Source: Candidatus Dojkabacteria bacterium
GTDB taxonomy: Bacteria; Patescibacteriota; Dojkabacteria; GCA-002793355
Direction: 5' to 3'
Assembly (NCBI GenBank): GCA_030583685.1
Contig: CP129470.1
Span: 479,007 to 543,006 of the forward strand
Length of the DNA: 64,000 bases
The position numbers were made by a program, and so were the translations under genes. Positions within the stretch are counted from its first letter, which is position 1. Every line of letters begins with the position of its first letter. Positions 1 through 9,414 of this stretch are shown here, in pieces. The notes beneath the pieces were generated by a model that did not search any database, was not told the origin of the DNA, and saw only the letters and a program-made list of their open reading frames with translations.

Positions 1-2
1 TA

Positions 3-275
3 TTGCAAATTTCGATAAAAAATCCACTTGGTTCAAATAGTTTAACTATTTGGGGTGTATTAATTAATGCACTTAATGTCATTCTTCCTATTGCTGGAGT
101 ACTTTTTGTTGCGTTATTTGTGTATGCTGGGGTTTCGTATATGCTGAGCACTGGTGATCCAGGAAAAGTAAAAAATGCTCAGGCTGTCATGACAAATGCT
201 GTTATCGGATTTCTTATTGTATCCTTTGCCTTTGTTGGCTTGAGACTGATTCAAAGAAGTATAATAGGAACATAA
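3..275 (+). CDS. Small two-helix membrane protein, TrbC/VirB2-type pilin-like. Probably 5'-partial at the window edge (TTG at position 3).
   Basis: Two hydrophobic helices flank a short loop GDPGKVKNAQ. This architecture is typical of T4SS VirB2/TrbC pilins. A paralog lies immediately downstream. Confidence 0.4.
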   Translation: MQISIKNPLGSNSLTIWGVLINALNVILPIAGVLFVALFVYAGVSYMLSTGDPGKVKNAQAVMTNAVIGFLIVSFAFVGLRLIQRSIIGT

Positions 276-293
276 TTTGTAAGTATAATAATA

Positions 294-632
294 ATGACTT
301 TTGTGCAACAACTATATGCGTCTGCTGGCCAGATAATTGGAAATTCTCAAATCCCAACAGGTTATGTAGAACCGAGCTCTGCACCAGCGAGAATTGCTGC
401 TATGCTTAACCTCTTCTTTATTTTTTGTGCTATTCTTGCCACATTTTTTATTATCCGTGGTGGGATTGACTATATTATGAGTGCGGGTGAGGCAGGAAAA
501 GTGAAAAATGCTCAAGGAGCAATTCAGTATGCAATCATTGGTCTTATTGTTGCCGCGGTGGGATGGCTGGTTGTGAGAATAGTTGCAGGTATTTTGGGAT
601 ATAGTCCAGACGCTCTCAATCTTCCTTTATAA
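294..632 (+). CDS. Paralogous TrbC/VirB2-like small membrane (pilin-like) protein.
   Basis: Same two-helix layout with loop motif GEAGKVKNAQ, shared with the upstream ORF. An N-terminal leader-like region is present. Confidence 0.45.
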   Translation: MTFVQQLYASAGQIIGNSQIPTGYVEPSSAPARIAAMLNLFFIFCAILATFFIIRGGIDYIMSAGEAGKVKNAQGAIQYAIIGLIVAAVGWLVVRIVAGILGYSPDALNLPL

Positions 633-668
633 GTGTTATAATTACTCATAAACTAACAAACAAATATC

Positions 669-1058
669 ATGGCGGAAGTAATCAGAGCAACAGAAACAAA
701 TGATGGAACACCAAAAGGTGAATCCGATTCTCGATTAATGGCAGCAATTTCTTGGGGACTCGCACCCATTTCTTCACTTGTGTTTATTCTTTTGGATAAT
801 TACAAGAAAGACCAATATGTGCAGTATTACTCCTGGTTATCGCTTGCCTATTCTGTTTCAGTCTACGTGATTAGTTTGATTATTAACGTTCTGACCCTTG
901 GAATGGGTGTCTGTTTGACGGGACCCGTGATGTTTGTATTGTGGATTGTGGGTATTTGGAAAGCGTATCAAGGAGAAAAATGGGTTCTTCCCTATATTTC
1001 CGAGTGGGCTGAAAAGCAAGTTCAAAAAACTGTTTCCTCTTCCGGAACAACTATCTAG
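669..1058 (+). CDS. Small integral membrane protein (DUF4870-like), hypothetical.
   Basis: 129 aa with 2-3 predicted TM helices. The pattern SWGLAPISSLVFILLDNYKKDQYVQYYSW resembles DUF4870-type proteins. Confidence 0.4.
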   Translation: MAEVIRATETNDGTPKGESDSRLMAAISWGLAPISSLVFILLDNYKKDQYVQYYSWLSLAYSVSVYVISLIINVLTLGMGVCLTGPVMFVLWIVGIWKAYQGEKWVLPYISEWAEKQVQKTVSSSGTTI

Positions 1059-1084
1059 GGTAAAACTGCAACCTAAAAAGGTTT

Positions 1085-1173
1085 GGAGAGATGGCCGAGT
1101 GGCTGAAGGCGACGGTTTGCTAAACCGTTATACCCTTTTTTGGGTATCGAGGGTTCGAATCCCTCTCTCTCCG
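1085..1173 (+). tRNA. tRNA-Ser (anticodon GCU), class II with a long variable arm.
   Basis: Acceptor GGAGAGA/TCTCTCC. Anticodon stem ACGGT/ACCGT with loop TTGCTAA (anticodon GCT). Long variable arm. T-arm GAGGG-TTCGAAT-CCCTC. Discriminator G. No encoded CCA. Confidence 0.85.
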
Positions 1174-1284
1174 TATTTATTAATTCCTCTCTCTCACTAC
1201 TCAAAAGAATATCCATTTTTTTCGTTACGTTCGAGAACCGGAATTAAAAATACGGTAAGTTCTGGAGAGAGGAATTAATAAATA
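1174..1284. repeat. Perfect 20-bp inverted repeat (TATTTATTAATTCCTCTCTC ... GAGAGAGGAATTAATAAATA) flanking a 71-bp loop, directly abutting the tRNA-Ser 3' end.
   Basis: Arms at 1174-1193 and 1265-1284 are exact reverse complements. Confidence 0.6.
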
Positions 1285-1549
1285 TGAAAAAATTGAGGGA
1301 TGAAGAATCCCGAGGAGAACAAACATTTTTGTTCGACGAAGGGCGGGGCTACGCGCAAGGTCCACTATAACTTACAATGTAGTATTTCGGTGCTGAAGAA
1401 TGAAGCCGTGAAGTGACTTAATCCCTTCGTCTCTCCTTACTCGATTGAGCAAGGCCATTCTCGTAGCAATTGAGCTCCTGAAAAGTCAGCTTGACAGATG
1501 TTATGGTGAGTATGTACACTTTTAGAATTCTAATATAATGAGATGAGTT

Positions 1550-1864
1550 ATGGCATTCAATATTGGCGAAGGCATTGAATCACGAATAAATGATGAGTTA
1601 GGCCTAACGAGTCCTTTAAGTACAGAGGAAGAAGCACCGAATGAAGTTGTATCTAGCAATCGAGGTGGAATACGTATAAATGCCGTATTGGAGGAAGATG
1701 ATCAAGGAGGTGAGGATGAATCGATTCTCACACGAGGTGAGTTAGCGGAAGAGCTTAAAAGATCAGGATTCGGAAACAAAAAAAAGGAGGAAAGTAATCC
1801 TCCTCCAGAGGGACCGATTCTCAAAAGAGGTGAGATACAAAGAGCACTACAAGAAGTTGGGTGA
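1550..1864 (+). CDS. Hypothetical acidic protein with an internal repeat (ILTRGELAEELKRSG / ILKRGEIQRALQEVG).
   Basis: ORF only. Low-complexity and acidic. No recognisable domain. Confidence 0.3.
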   Translation: MAFNIGEGIESRINDELGLTSPLSTEEEAPNEVVSSNRGGIRINAVLEEDDQGGEDESILTRGELAEELKRSGFGNKKKEESNPPPEGPILKRGEIQRALQEVG

Positions 1865-2173
1865 AAACTTAGGGTATAATAAATTTCTATTTCCTACTTA
1901 TCAAAAAACCATATTTTGTGGCGTGCTATCTTTCGGTAAAGGCTTCTATTATCCAGCCGAATCACTCGAGCCCGGACCTTTGCATCAGATTGTGATGTTC
2001 CGGAGTCTGAAGCAAATGGCTCTGGAGCACTTTTGCTTGCGACACAGTTGCAAGAACAAATTACGGTAATTCACGGAAAGGGTTCTGTTATTTATGCAGT
2101 GAATGTATCTCACGAGAATGGGAAAATGGGTGGCAGAGTCGCAGTAACTAATACTTCTGTGCGATAATACAGG

Positions 2174-2524
2174 ATGAACGAGCAGTTGATCCTCGACTTG
2201 TACAAAAACAGGAAATACGAAATTACTCCAGAGCAATTACTTGAACCAGTATATGTTGCGGAAAATGCCTCTTGTGGAGACAAAATTGTTTTTTTTCGAA
2301 ATGATGAAGAACAGACCTTTCGGTATTCTGCACAGGCTTGTTCTTTGACCGTTGCAAGTGCGGAATATATTGCAAGAAAGTTGTTTCAAGAACCAACAAT
2401 TGAAATCTCTCTTCTTCAGGAGCAACTTCTGGGCGACTTTGAGATGACCATTCTCGATAAACGTGCCGCCTGTGTTCTTCTGCCCATAAGCGCGATACAA
2501 GGGACTGCACCGGCAGAACGGTAA
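2174..2524 (+). CDS. SufU/NifU-like Fe-S cluster assembly scaffold (N-terminal NifU domain).
   Basis: LYKNRKYE...ENASCGDKIVF matches the SufU/IscU HYKNPRN...NPxCGD signature. Three Cys residues are spaced as in scaffold proteins. Confidence 0.5.
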   Translation: MNEQLILDLYKNRKYEITPEQLLEPVYVAENASCGDKIVFFRNDEEQTFRYSAQACSLTVASAEYIARKLFQEPTIEISLLQEQLLGDFEMTILDKRAACVLLPISAIQGTAPAER

Positions 2525-2562
2525 TCTAGTATAATAAGACACTGCTCCCCATCAGAAACATA

Positions 2563-4413
2563 ATGAGTACTTCTGCAAATATTCAAGAAATAAAAGCGAG
2601 AGCCGACATTGTTGCGGTAATTTCGCGCTACGTAAAGCTAAAAAAGGCAGGAAGAAACTTTACTGGATTATGTCCATTTCACAATGAAAAAACACCCTCT
2701 TTTCATGTGACGCCGACGCTCGGAATCTATAAATGTTTCGGATGTGGCGCTGCGGGTGATGTCATCAAATTTGTTCAAGATATTGAACATCTTGACTTCC
2801 CGCAAACACTTGAAAAGCTGGCGGGAGAGTTAGGTATTACGTTACAAAAAAATAACGATCCGGCATTTAAGCGGGTATCACGTTTCAGGGAAGCGTATAA
2901 AGTTGCTGCAGAGTTTTTTCATTACCTCTTAATGAAACACCCTCAGGGAGCTACAGCACTCCACTATGCAAAGACAAAGAGAAAATTAACAGAAAAGTCG
3001 TTGATTCAATACCAGGTTGGATACGCACCTGCAGCAAAAGATGTCTTGCAGAAATATTTGAAGAAAAAAGGATTTACTGAGCAAGAAATCCGCCAGGCGG
3101 GGTTTGTTAACGAAAAAGGTAATGATAAGTATACGGACAGGTTGGTTTTTCCTGTGTATGACACCGCGGGACATGTTGTTGGTTTTAGTGGGAGGGTGAT
3201 TGCAGGAGATGATCCTCGACCGAAATTCTTGAATTCAGGTGAAACTGAATTATTCAAAAAGAGATATATTCTGTTTAATCTGAACTTTGCAAAAGAAGCA
3301 ATTAGCAAGAAGGATATGGCAATCTTATGTGAAGGGCAAATTGATGCAGTCATTTCTTCCCAAGTTGGCGTTGCAAACATTGTTGCTCCCCTCGGTACAA
3401 GTCTCACGGACACACAACTTTCCGTTCTCTCGCGTTTCACAAAGAACGTTGCTTTTTGCTTTGATAATGACGGCGCCGGACAGAAATCTATTTCCCGAGG
3501 AGCACAACTCGCATTCGCACAAGACCTTAATCCCCTGATTATTCCTCTTCCTGAAGATTGTAACGATGTTGATGATCTGATAAAAAAACGTCCCGATGAT
3601 TGGATTGATCGAGCTGCTCACCCGATTGAGTTTATTACCTTTCGTCTGACCGCATTAAAAGCATTGTTGAAACAAAATATCAAAGAATTCGAAAATCAAT
3701 TGCATGAATTACTCCAAATTGTTTCAGTTTCAACCCCTTTGCGGCAGCAATTGCTCGCACGACAGATTGCCGAAGCGCTCTCGTTAAGCGAAGAGAGTTT
3801 ACTCCAGTCAATTGCCAAGAAAAGTGCTCCTTCTTTTGTACGGCAGGAAATTAAACAAAAACAGGGTGCTATTTCAACTGCAGAGTACATCCTCAGTATT
3901 ATTTTTGTCTTCCCGCTCGTGACTAGTATGATGGGAAAAGCTGAAAACGCAGTACGCTATTTCCCTGCGAAAGAACAGCAAGAGGTGTTTCGGTTATTTG
4001 CCGCTTTCGCAGAAAAACAAAAGCATCTCGTGACGAGCGTGCTTGATAAAAAAACCAAGAAACTGTCGGTTTCTTGGGAAAGTGTGTATACACGTTTTAC
4101 CAATGAAGTTGCCTTAGAGTTTTCCTCTTGGATTGCGGAAATTGCTGAGAAACAGGGGGAGTTGGTGCCATTACTGGAACGTCTCGGACTTTCGGAAGTA
4201 ACATCGAGTGTTGTTATTACTGATGAGGTCATTCAGGATTATTTTCGTGCATGGAATCGTCTGAAAAAACAAACAATTACCTTGCGTTTGGAAGTATTGC
4301 GGAAAAAAATGGTACAGGCAGAGCATGAAGAGGACGACGAGAAAGTGACGAATCTCTCCAAGCAGATACAAGAAGAAATGCTCTTGTTGAGGAAAATTGA
4401 GAAACTAACGTAA
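2563..4413 (+). CDS. dnaG: DNA primase DnaG.
   Basis: CHC2 zinc finger CPFHNEKTPSFHV...YKCFGCGAAGD. TOPRIM motif EGQIDAVIS and DnD acidic patch. 616 aa. Confidence 0.92.
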   Translation: MSTSANIQEIKARADIVAVISRYVKLKKAGRNFTGLCPFHNEKTPSFHVTPTLGIYKCFGCGAAGDVIKFVQDIEHLDFPQTLEKLAGELGITLQKNNDPAFKRVSRFREAYKVAAEFFHYLLMKHPQGATALHYAKTKRKLTEKSLIQYQVGYAPAAKDVLQKYLKKKGFTEQEIRQAGFVNEKGNDKYTDRLVFPVYDTAGHVVGFSGRVIAGDDPRPKFLNSGETELFKKRYILFNLNFAKEAISKKDMAILCEGQIDAVISSQVGVANIVAPLGTSLTDTQLSVLSRFTKNVAFCFDNDGAGQKSISRGAQLAFAQDLNPLIIPLPEDCNDVDDLIKKRPDDWIDRAAHPIEFITFRLTALKALLKQNIKEFENQLHELLQIVSVSTPLRQQLLARQIAEALSLSEESLLQSIAKKSAPSFVRQEIKQKQGAISTAEYILSIIFVFPLVTSMMGKAENAVRYFPAKEQQEVFRLFAAFAEKQKHLVTSVLDKKTKKLSVSWESVYTRFTNEVALEFSSWIAEIAEKQGELVPLLERLGLSEVTSSVVITDEVIQDYFRAWNRLKKQTITLRLEVLRKKMVQAEHEEDDEKVTNLSKQIQEEMLLLRKIEKLT

Positions 4414-4430
4414 GCAGGTTACAATAGTGA

Positions 4431-5738
4431 ATGGTACTACAGCGAGTTGCATTGTTAGATATCCCACAACAACAAGGTGTTATCGTCTGTCATACGCAAA
4501 CAATAGATGCGTTGTTCCGTGTGGCAGTTGTGCCTAAGCAAGTACAGCGTTTATTAGCACTATTGCCGATTTCCCCTTATACCTTGAAACTTCAGAAAAA
4601 GAGTCTTCTTTATGAGCTTTCTGCAATTACGGGGGATGAGTATATATATGTCAGACTTCCGCGAAACAAGCAAGAACGAGAATATTGTACAACCCTAGAA
4701 AAAGCTGAATTGTGGGAAGTTACCGAGGATGAATACGCAATGCTTGTCGACGTGACAGGAGAGAAGGTAGTTTTCTCAGGGGGAACACAAGAGGAGCAGG
4801 CAGCCTTTCTTGCACTTTGGGAGGAAGCTGGTCGGGAACCGTCCTGGATCAAGAAAAGTATGGCTATTTTGAGCGAAGGAGTACTTGGATTGCAATATAA
4901 AACTCGAGCTGGAGCGGTAAAATATCCTTTTCCTTTATTCCGCGCTCACTTTTTAAGTGTCTTTGCGGGGACAAAAAAGCAAGCGATGGAGATGATTTTC
5001 GAACGCCTTCGACAACGATATGTGTCGGAACGAAATAATCAAAAGGTTCCGCAAGGTATAGTGGTTACTCCTAACCTCGATCATCTGCGACTCCTCTTTG
5101 CAGAGAAGGATGAAATCTTTCAACAGGTGTACCAGTCTTCATTCTTACAAACACCAGACGGATTTCCTCCCTTAATTCAGTATGGACGTGCCTCACTTGG
5201 GTATCAGCCACAGGAGCAGATTACGGGAATTGAGTTGTTTATGCAGTTGATAAATAAAATAGGTAGTGAGTCTCTCCCCTACACGATATACTTAGTCGGA
5301 GGGTTTGGAAATATTCCCTACAAAACTCGAGATTATTTCATTTCAATATATCCAGAGTTGGCAAACAATTTTGTCGGAATTAGCACACCACCGTTCGGAT
5401 TTCTCGAAAAAAAAGATATACTCGATACTATTGCCAAGGATATTGAGCAGAAAAAACCAGATATTATCTTTGCAGGAATGACTTCTCCGACGCAGGAGCG
5501 TTTTATTCAGGAACTTATTACACGAAAGGTTAATTTCGGAATTGGGCTCTGTGTTGGCCGTACTATCGAAATGGTTGCCGGTTACCAGAAAAAAGAGCCT
5601 TCGCTTATCGAAAAACTTCATTTGTCGTGGATATATCGCTTGTTCTTCGGAGGCGAAAAACACATTATGCAACGTCAGAGGAAGCGAGTCTATTTAGACC
5701 TTAAGTTCGTGTGGGAGACACTCTTCTCTTCTCGGTAA
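4431..5738 (+). CDS. WecB/TagA/CpsF-family glycosyltransferase with a ~190-aa N-terminal extension of unknown function.
   Basis: The C-terminal half (VVTPNLDHL...PDGFPP...YLVGG...KPDIIFAGMTSPTQE) matches the TagA/WecG family pattern. Confidence 0.6.
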   Translation: MVLQRVALLDIPQQQGVIVCHTQTIDALFRVAVVPKQVQRLLALLPISPYTLKLQKKSLLYELSAITGDEYIYVRLPRNKQEREYCTTLEKAELWEVTEDEYAMLVDVTGEKVVFSGGTQEEQAAFLALWEEAGREPSWIKKSMAILSEGVLGLQYKTRAGAVKYPFPLFRAHFLSVFAGTKKQAMEMIFERLRQRYVSERNNQKVPQGIVVTPNLDHLRLLFAEKDEIFQQVYQSSFLQTPDGFPPLIQYGRASLGYQPQEQITGIELFMQLINKIGSESLPYTIYLVGGFGNIPYKTRDYFISIYPELANNFVGISTPPFGFLEKKDILDTIAKDIEQKKPDIIFAGMTSPTQERFIQELITRKVNFGIGLCVGRTIEMVAGYQKKEPSLIEKLHLSWIYRLFFGGEKHIMQRQRKRVYLDLKFVWETLFSSR

Positions 5739-6057
5739 GCAGGTACTTCTTCGACTTGTTCTGTGTTAAAGGAATGTACGGCGATGTTATGCTTCGAAAT
5801 TTACAAAAAGCTCCGCCCCATCAAGTATACGGCTGAAAAATGATTCGTCAATCATAATCCATCCACGGCAGAGATAGCAGGTGAAATATCTGTGAAACAA
5901 ATCTCTTTCTTCTCTAAACCAACAATATACTCAAAAATACAGGTGATAGTCATAGCAACTCTTTTTACCCACAGTCGTGAAATACCTGTAAAACAAATCA
6001 CCTAAGGCAACAATACAAACAGTTTAAAAAGTGAATAACTACTGAGTCGAGGAATGT

Positions 6058-6990
6058 TTATGTTGTTAGTTCTTTTGCCATCGCTTCTACCGCAATCGCT
6101 GCTTCTGATCCAGCGGTAAGGAGTTGTGCAAATTTGTTCGAGGCGGTTGTGCTATCCCCTGCTGCATAGATACCGGGCACAGAGGTTTCTTGTTCTTCAG
6201 TGACGATAATATATCCCCCTTCATCGGTCTTTATTCCCAATGCATCGGTAAACACGGTGTTTGGCTCGTGTCCAATTTCAATAAATGCGCCCTGAACAGG
6301 AAGCGTTTTCAATTCGGGGTTGTTTGTGTGAATTTCGGTGAGGGCATCGGTTCCAACGAATTTAGTCACGCTTGTTTTGTAGTGAATGGTAATGGCAGGA
6401 TGCGACAGAAGTTTGTCAACCCAATATTGCTCTGCTCGAAGTTTGTCTCCACGAACAAGGAGGTGAATGTTAGGGCAAATATCTGCAAGATATAACGCTG
6501 CAGTCACTGCTGAGTCTCCACCACCAATGACGGCAACGTCTTTTTCTTTGTAAAAGAATCCGTCGCAGGTTGCGCAGTAAGTAACACCTTTTCCGTAAAA
6601 CTCCTGTTCTCCGGGAACGTGAAGCTTCTTTCTGACGACACCTATGGTTAACAGCACTTTCTTTGCATGAATTTTTGTTCCTTCGCGAGAATACAGGACG
6701 AAACGTTCTTCCTGCTTTTCAACCTTCTCGATTCTTTCGTATAACTCTTCGACACCCAATTTAATAGATTGTTGTTGGACTTTTTGCATCAATTCCATGC
6801 CGGTGATTTCCTCAAAGCCAGGATAGTTACCGATTATATGTGCCTCTGCCGTTTGACCTCCAAACATTTCCCCAATTATGAGTGTTTTTAAACCATATCG
6901 AGCTGCATAAATCGCGCCAGAATACCCCGCAAAGCCCATACCTACAATAACGATGTCGTATACTTTCTCCATAGCACGGTATTGTAGCAT
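6058..6990 (-). CDS. trxB: Thioredoxin-disulfide reductase.
   Basis: FAD GxGxxG at the N-terminus. Redox-active CATCDG. NADPH site GGGDSA. 310 aa. Confidence 0.9.
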   Translation of the reverse strand: MLQYRAMEKVYDIVIVGMGFAGYSGAIYAARYGLKTLIIGEMFGGQTAEAHIIGNYPGFEEITGMELMQKVQQQSIKLGVEELYERIEKVEKQEERFVLYSREGTKIHAKKVLLTIGVVRKKLHVPGEQEFYGKGVTYCATCDGFFYKEKDVAVIGGGDSAVTAALYLADICPNIHLLVRGDKLRAEQYWVDKLLSHPAITIHYKTSVTKFVGTDALTEIHTNNPELKTLPVQGAFIEIGHEPNTVFTDALGIKTDEGGYIIVTEEQETSVPGIYAAGDSTTASNKFAQLLTAGSEAAIAVEAMAKELTT

Positions 6991-7060
6991 CTCTTGAAAA
7001 AGGGAGCGCTGAATGGCGTGTATTATTCTTTAAGAATCTACGGTTTTTTACAGGAAATCG

Positions 7061-7068
7061 TGTATAAT
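7061..7068 (+). promoter_or_regulatory. Extended -10 box TGTATAAT, 8 nt upstream of the ftsK ATG (leaderless-type promoter).
   Basis: TGnTATAAT consensus. The same arrangement recurs at the ligase, uvrA, uvrB, uvrC, aspS, murB and PEGA gene starts. Confidence 0.45.
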
Positions 7069-7076
7069 GACGAGAT

Positions 7077-9398
7077 ATGGCGAAACGAGGTCGACCCGCA
7101 AAATCAAAAGAATTGACGATTAAAAGTAAAGAAACCCAAGCGTTTTTGGGGTTTGTGTTTGTTGCGGTTGGTGCCTCACTTTTTTTCAATAACTCGTTGC
7201 GTGGGGTTGTGCCGTTGTTTGTTCAGGCGAGCTTTGGGCAAACAACTTACGTTCTCGGCGCGATTGCGATAGTTATTGGATTGCGAATGATTAATGTAAA
7301 AACGCATATTACGAGCGACCGCTTTCTTGCAGGGTTACTGCTCTTGTTATTTGCGACACTTCCACTGTTTTCTGCAATTGCAGACAAAGGTGATACGTCT
7401 TTATCATATTCAGAAGCGATTCAAGCAAAGGGTGGTGGTTCCATTGGAGCAGCAATTCATCAGTGGTTACAAAGTATTTTAGGAAGACCAGCTGAAATCG
7501 GTGTATTGTGGGCAACGTTACTGTTGTCCGTCTCTGTTATTAGTGGCTTATCTTTGGAACAAGCGGGAGAGTTGTTAACCTCCTTACTCAATTTTATCGG
7601 AAGGCTTTTTTCTGCACTCTTCTCTGCGTTGACGGGAAAACCATCCCCCGCTTCTGCTGCTGAGCAAAAATTGGAGATCGTCAATAAAAGTACTCTCGGG
7701 AAGAAAGGCTTGGCCGATGATTCACGCGAATTAGATCTTGAAAACACATTAAACCCCCATATTAAAGAGTTAGATGTAGCGGAGGTAGAACTACCAGAAC
7801 TTGGTGCGGACGCAGGTCCAAAAAAACAAGGTGAGCCAAAGATTACCATGAGCTTCGGTTCCGATCTCCGAGGAGGTGGTGGCGAGAGCGGAGACAACGA
7901 CACCCTGCAAGTATCCGATCTTGAGCAGGAATTTCAGCGACGTTATGCTCCTCGTTTTTCAAAATGGAAACAGTTCCCGCTTTCTCTCCTGACCGCCCCA
8001 GAGGCTGATCCTGTTGAAGAAGGCGATTTAATTCAAAAAAGTAAGAAAATTGAAGAAACATTAGCGAGTTTTAAAATTCAGGCTAAGGTGGCGAAAGTGT
8101 ATGTTGGTCCCTCTGTTCTTCAGTTCGCACTAAATCTTGCGGTAGGAACGCAATTTTCGAGAGTTCAAGCACGAGCTCAAGATATTGGAATTGCCTTGTC
8201 AGCAGATAAGGTTCGTATCGAAACGATTGGGGGAACCTCTCTCGTTGGCGTTGAAGTCCCGCGTAAAATTGGTCGAATTGTTCGTGCAAGTGAACTCCTC
8301 TCTTCCTCAGAAATGTCTCGTGAAGTAAAAAAACTACCTCTCGCTATTGGTGCAGATATTCGTAATGAATTAACCGTTGTAGATTTAACCTCTATGCCTC
8401 ACCTGTTAGTTGCTGGTGCGACAGGAACCGGTAAATCGGCGGCAATCAATACGATACTTGTTGGCTTGTTGTCCAAATTTACGCCTGATGAGTTACGGCT
8501 TATTTTGGTCGATCCAAAGCAAGTGGAGATGACTTTGTACAACGACATTCCCTATCTTCTGACACCCGCAATTGATGATATGGCAAAAGTCGTTCCCGTT
8601 TTAGATTGGGCAATTGCAGAAATGATGAAACGTTTGGCACTATTTCGCGACAGTACAGTAAGAAACATCGATGAATTTAATAGCAAGTCAACATTTAAAA
8701 TCCCACACATTGTAATCGTCGTCGACGAAATGGCAGACTTGATTTTGCAGAAAAAAGGAGAAGTTGAGACAAAGATTGTTCGTTTGTCTCAGCTCGCTCG
8801 GGCTACCGGTATTCATCTGATTCTTGCAACACAGCGACCAAGCGTTGCCGTAATTACAGGGCTCATTAAGGCAAACATTCCTGCACGTATTTCACTTGCC
8901 GTTACCTCTGGAATAGATTCTCGCGTTATTATCGACCAACAAGGTGCGGAAACCTTGATTGGTAAAGGTGATATGTTACTCAAAACACCGGATAATTCCA
9001 AAATTAAGCGATTACAAGGTGCGTTTGTGAGTACTAAAGAAGTAAGCGAAGTGACGAATTTCATCAAAAAGCAAGCTTTGGAACTTGATCCTGACGGGGA
9101 TTGGTATATACCCGAAATAGAAAACTTTGCAGGTGCAAATGTTGCTACAGGTGATTTGGGTGACTCTGAGTCAGAAATTAGACAGGATCCGCTGTTTCGC
9201 AAAGCAGTTGAATTAGTAATTCAGCATCGCAAAGGATCTTCCTCCTCCCTGCAACGATACCTAAAAATTGGCTTTACTCGTGCCGCTCGATACATCGACT
9301 TAATGGAGCAAATTGGGGTTGTAGCGGCATCAGAAGGAAGTAAGCCCCGTGAAGTTTTAGTATCAGATATATCAGAAGTCGAAGCATTTGATAATTAA
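7077..9398 (+). CDS. ftsK: DNA translocase FtsK/SpoIIIE.
   Basis: N-terminal TM segments. Walker A GATGTGKS. Walker B VIVVDEMADL. C-terminal gamma winged-helix (SSSLQRYLKIGFTRAARYIDLME). Confidence 0.9.
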   Translation: MAKRGRPAKSKELTIKSKETQAFLGFVFVAVGASLFFNNSLRGVVPLFVQASFGQTTYVLGAIAIVIGLRMINVKTHITSDRFLAGLLLLLFATLPLFSAIADKGDTSLSYSEAIQAKGGGSIGAAIHQWLQSILGRPAEIGVLWATLLLSVSVISGLSLEQAGELLTSLLNFIGRLFSALFSALTGKPSPASAAEQKLEIVNKSTLGKKGLADDSRELDLENTLNPHIKELDVAEVELPELGADAGPKKQGEPKITMSFGSDLRGGGGESGDNDTLQVSDLEQEFQRRYAPRFSKWKQFPLSLLTAPEADPVEEGDLIQKSKKIEETLASFKIQAKVAKVYVGPSVLQFALNLAVGTQFSRVQARAQDIGIALSADKVRIETIGGTSLVGVEVPRKIGRIVRASELLSSSEMSREVKKLPLAIGADIRNELTVVDLTSMPHLLVAGATGTGKSAAINTILVGLLSKFTPDELRLILVDPKQVEMTLYNDIPYLLTPAIDDMAKVVPVLDWAIAEMMKRLALFRDSTVRNIDEFNSKSTFKIPHIVIVVDEMADLILQKKGEVETKIVRLSQLARATGIHLILATQRPSVAVITGLIKANIPARISLAVTSGIDSRVIIDQQGAETLIGKGDMLLKTPDNSKIKRLQGAFVSTKEVSEVTNFIKKQALELDPDGDWYIPEIENFAGANVATGDLGDSESEIRQDPLFRKAVELVIQHRKGSSSSLQRYLKIGFTRAARYIDLMEQIGVVAASEGSKPREVLVSDISEVEAFDN

Positions 9399-9414
9399 GT
9401 TAACATAATCTGGT

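Noticed and set aside
934-1278. 114-aa ORF spanning the tRNA-Ser gene and inverted repeat.
   Set aside because: It overlaps a clear tRNA gene and the perfect IR. It is a spurious ORF.
1285-1549. Gene-free stretch after tRNA-Ser examined for SRP RNA, RNase P RNA, 6S or tmRNA signatures.
   Set aside because: None of the hallmark motifs (SRP GGAAGCAGC domain IV, RNase P GGAAAGUCCGG, tmRNA ends) are present. Left as an unassigned possible structured RNA only.
5881-5999. Two 23-bp direct repeats considered as a degenerate or minimal CRISPR array.
   Set aside because: Only two copies, imperfect, no leader or cas genes anywhere in the window. Spacing and flanks look like a simple duplication.
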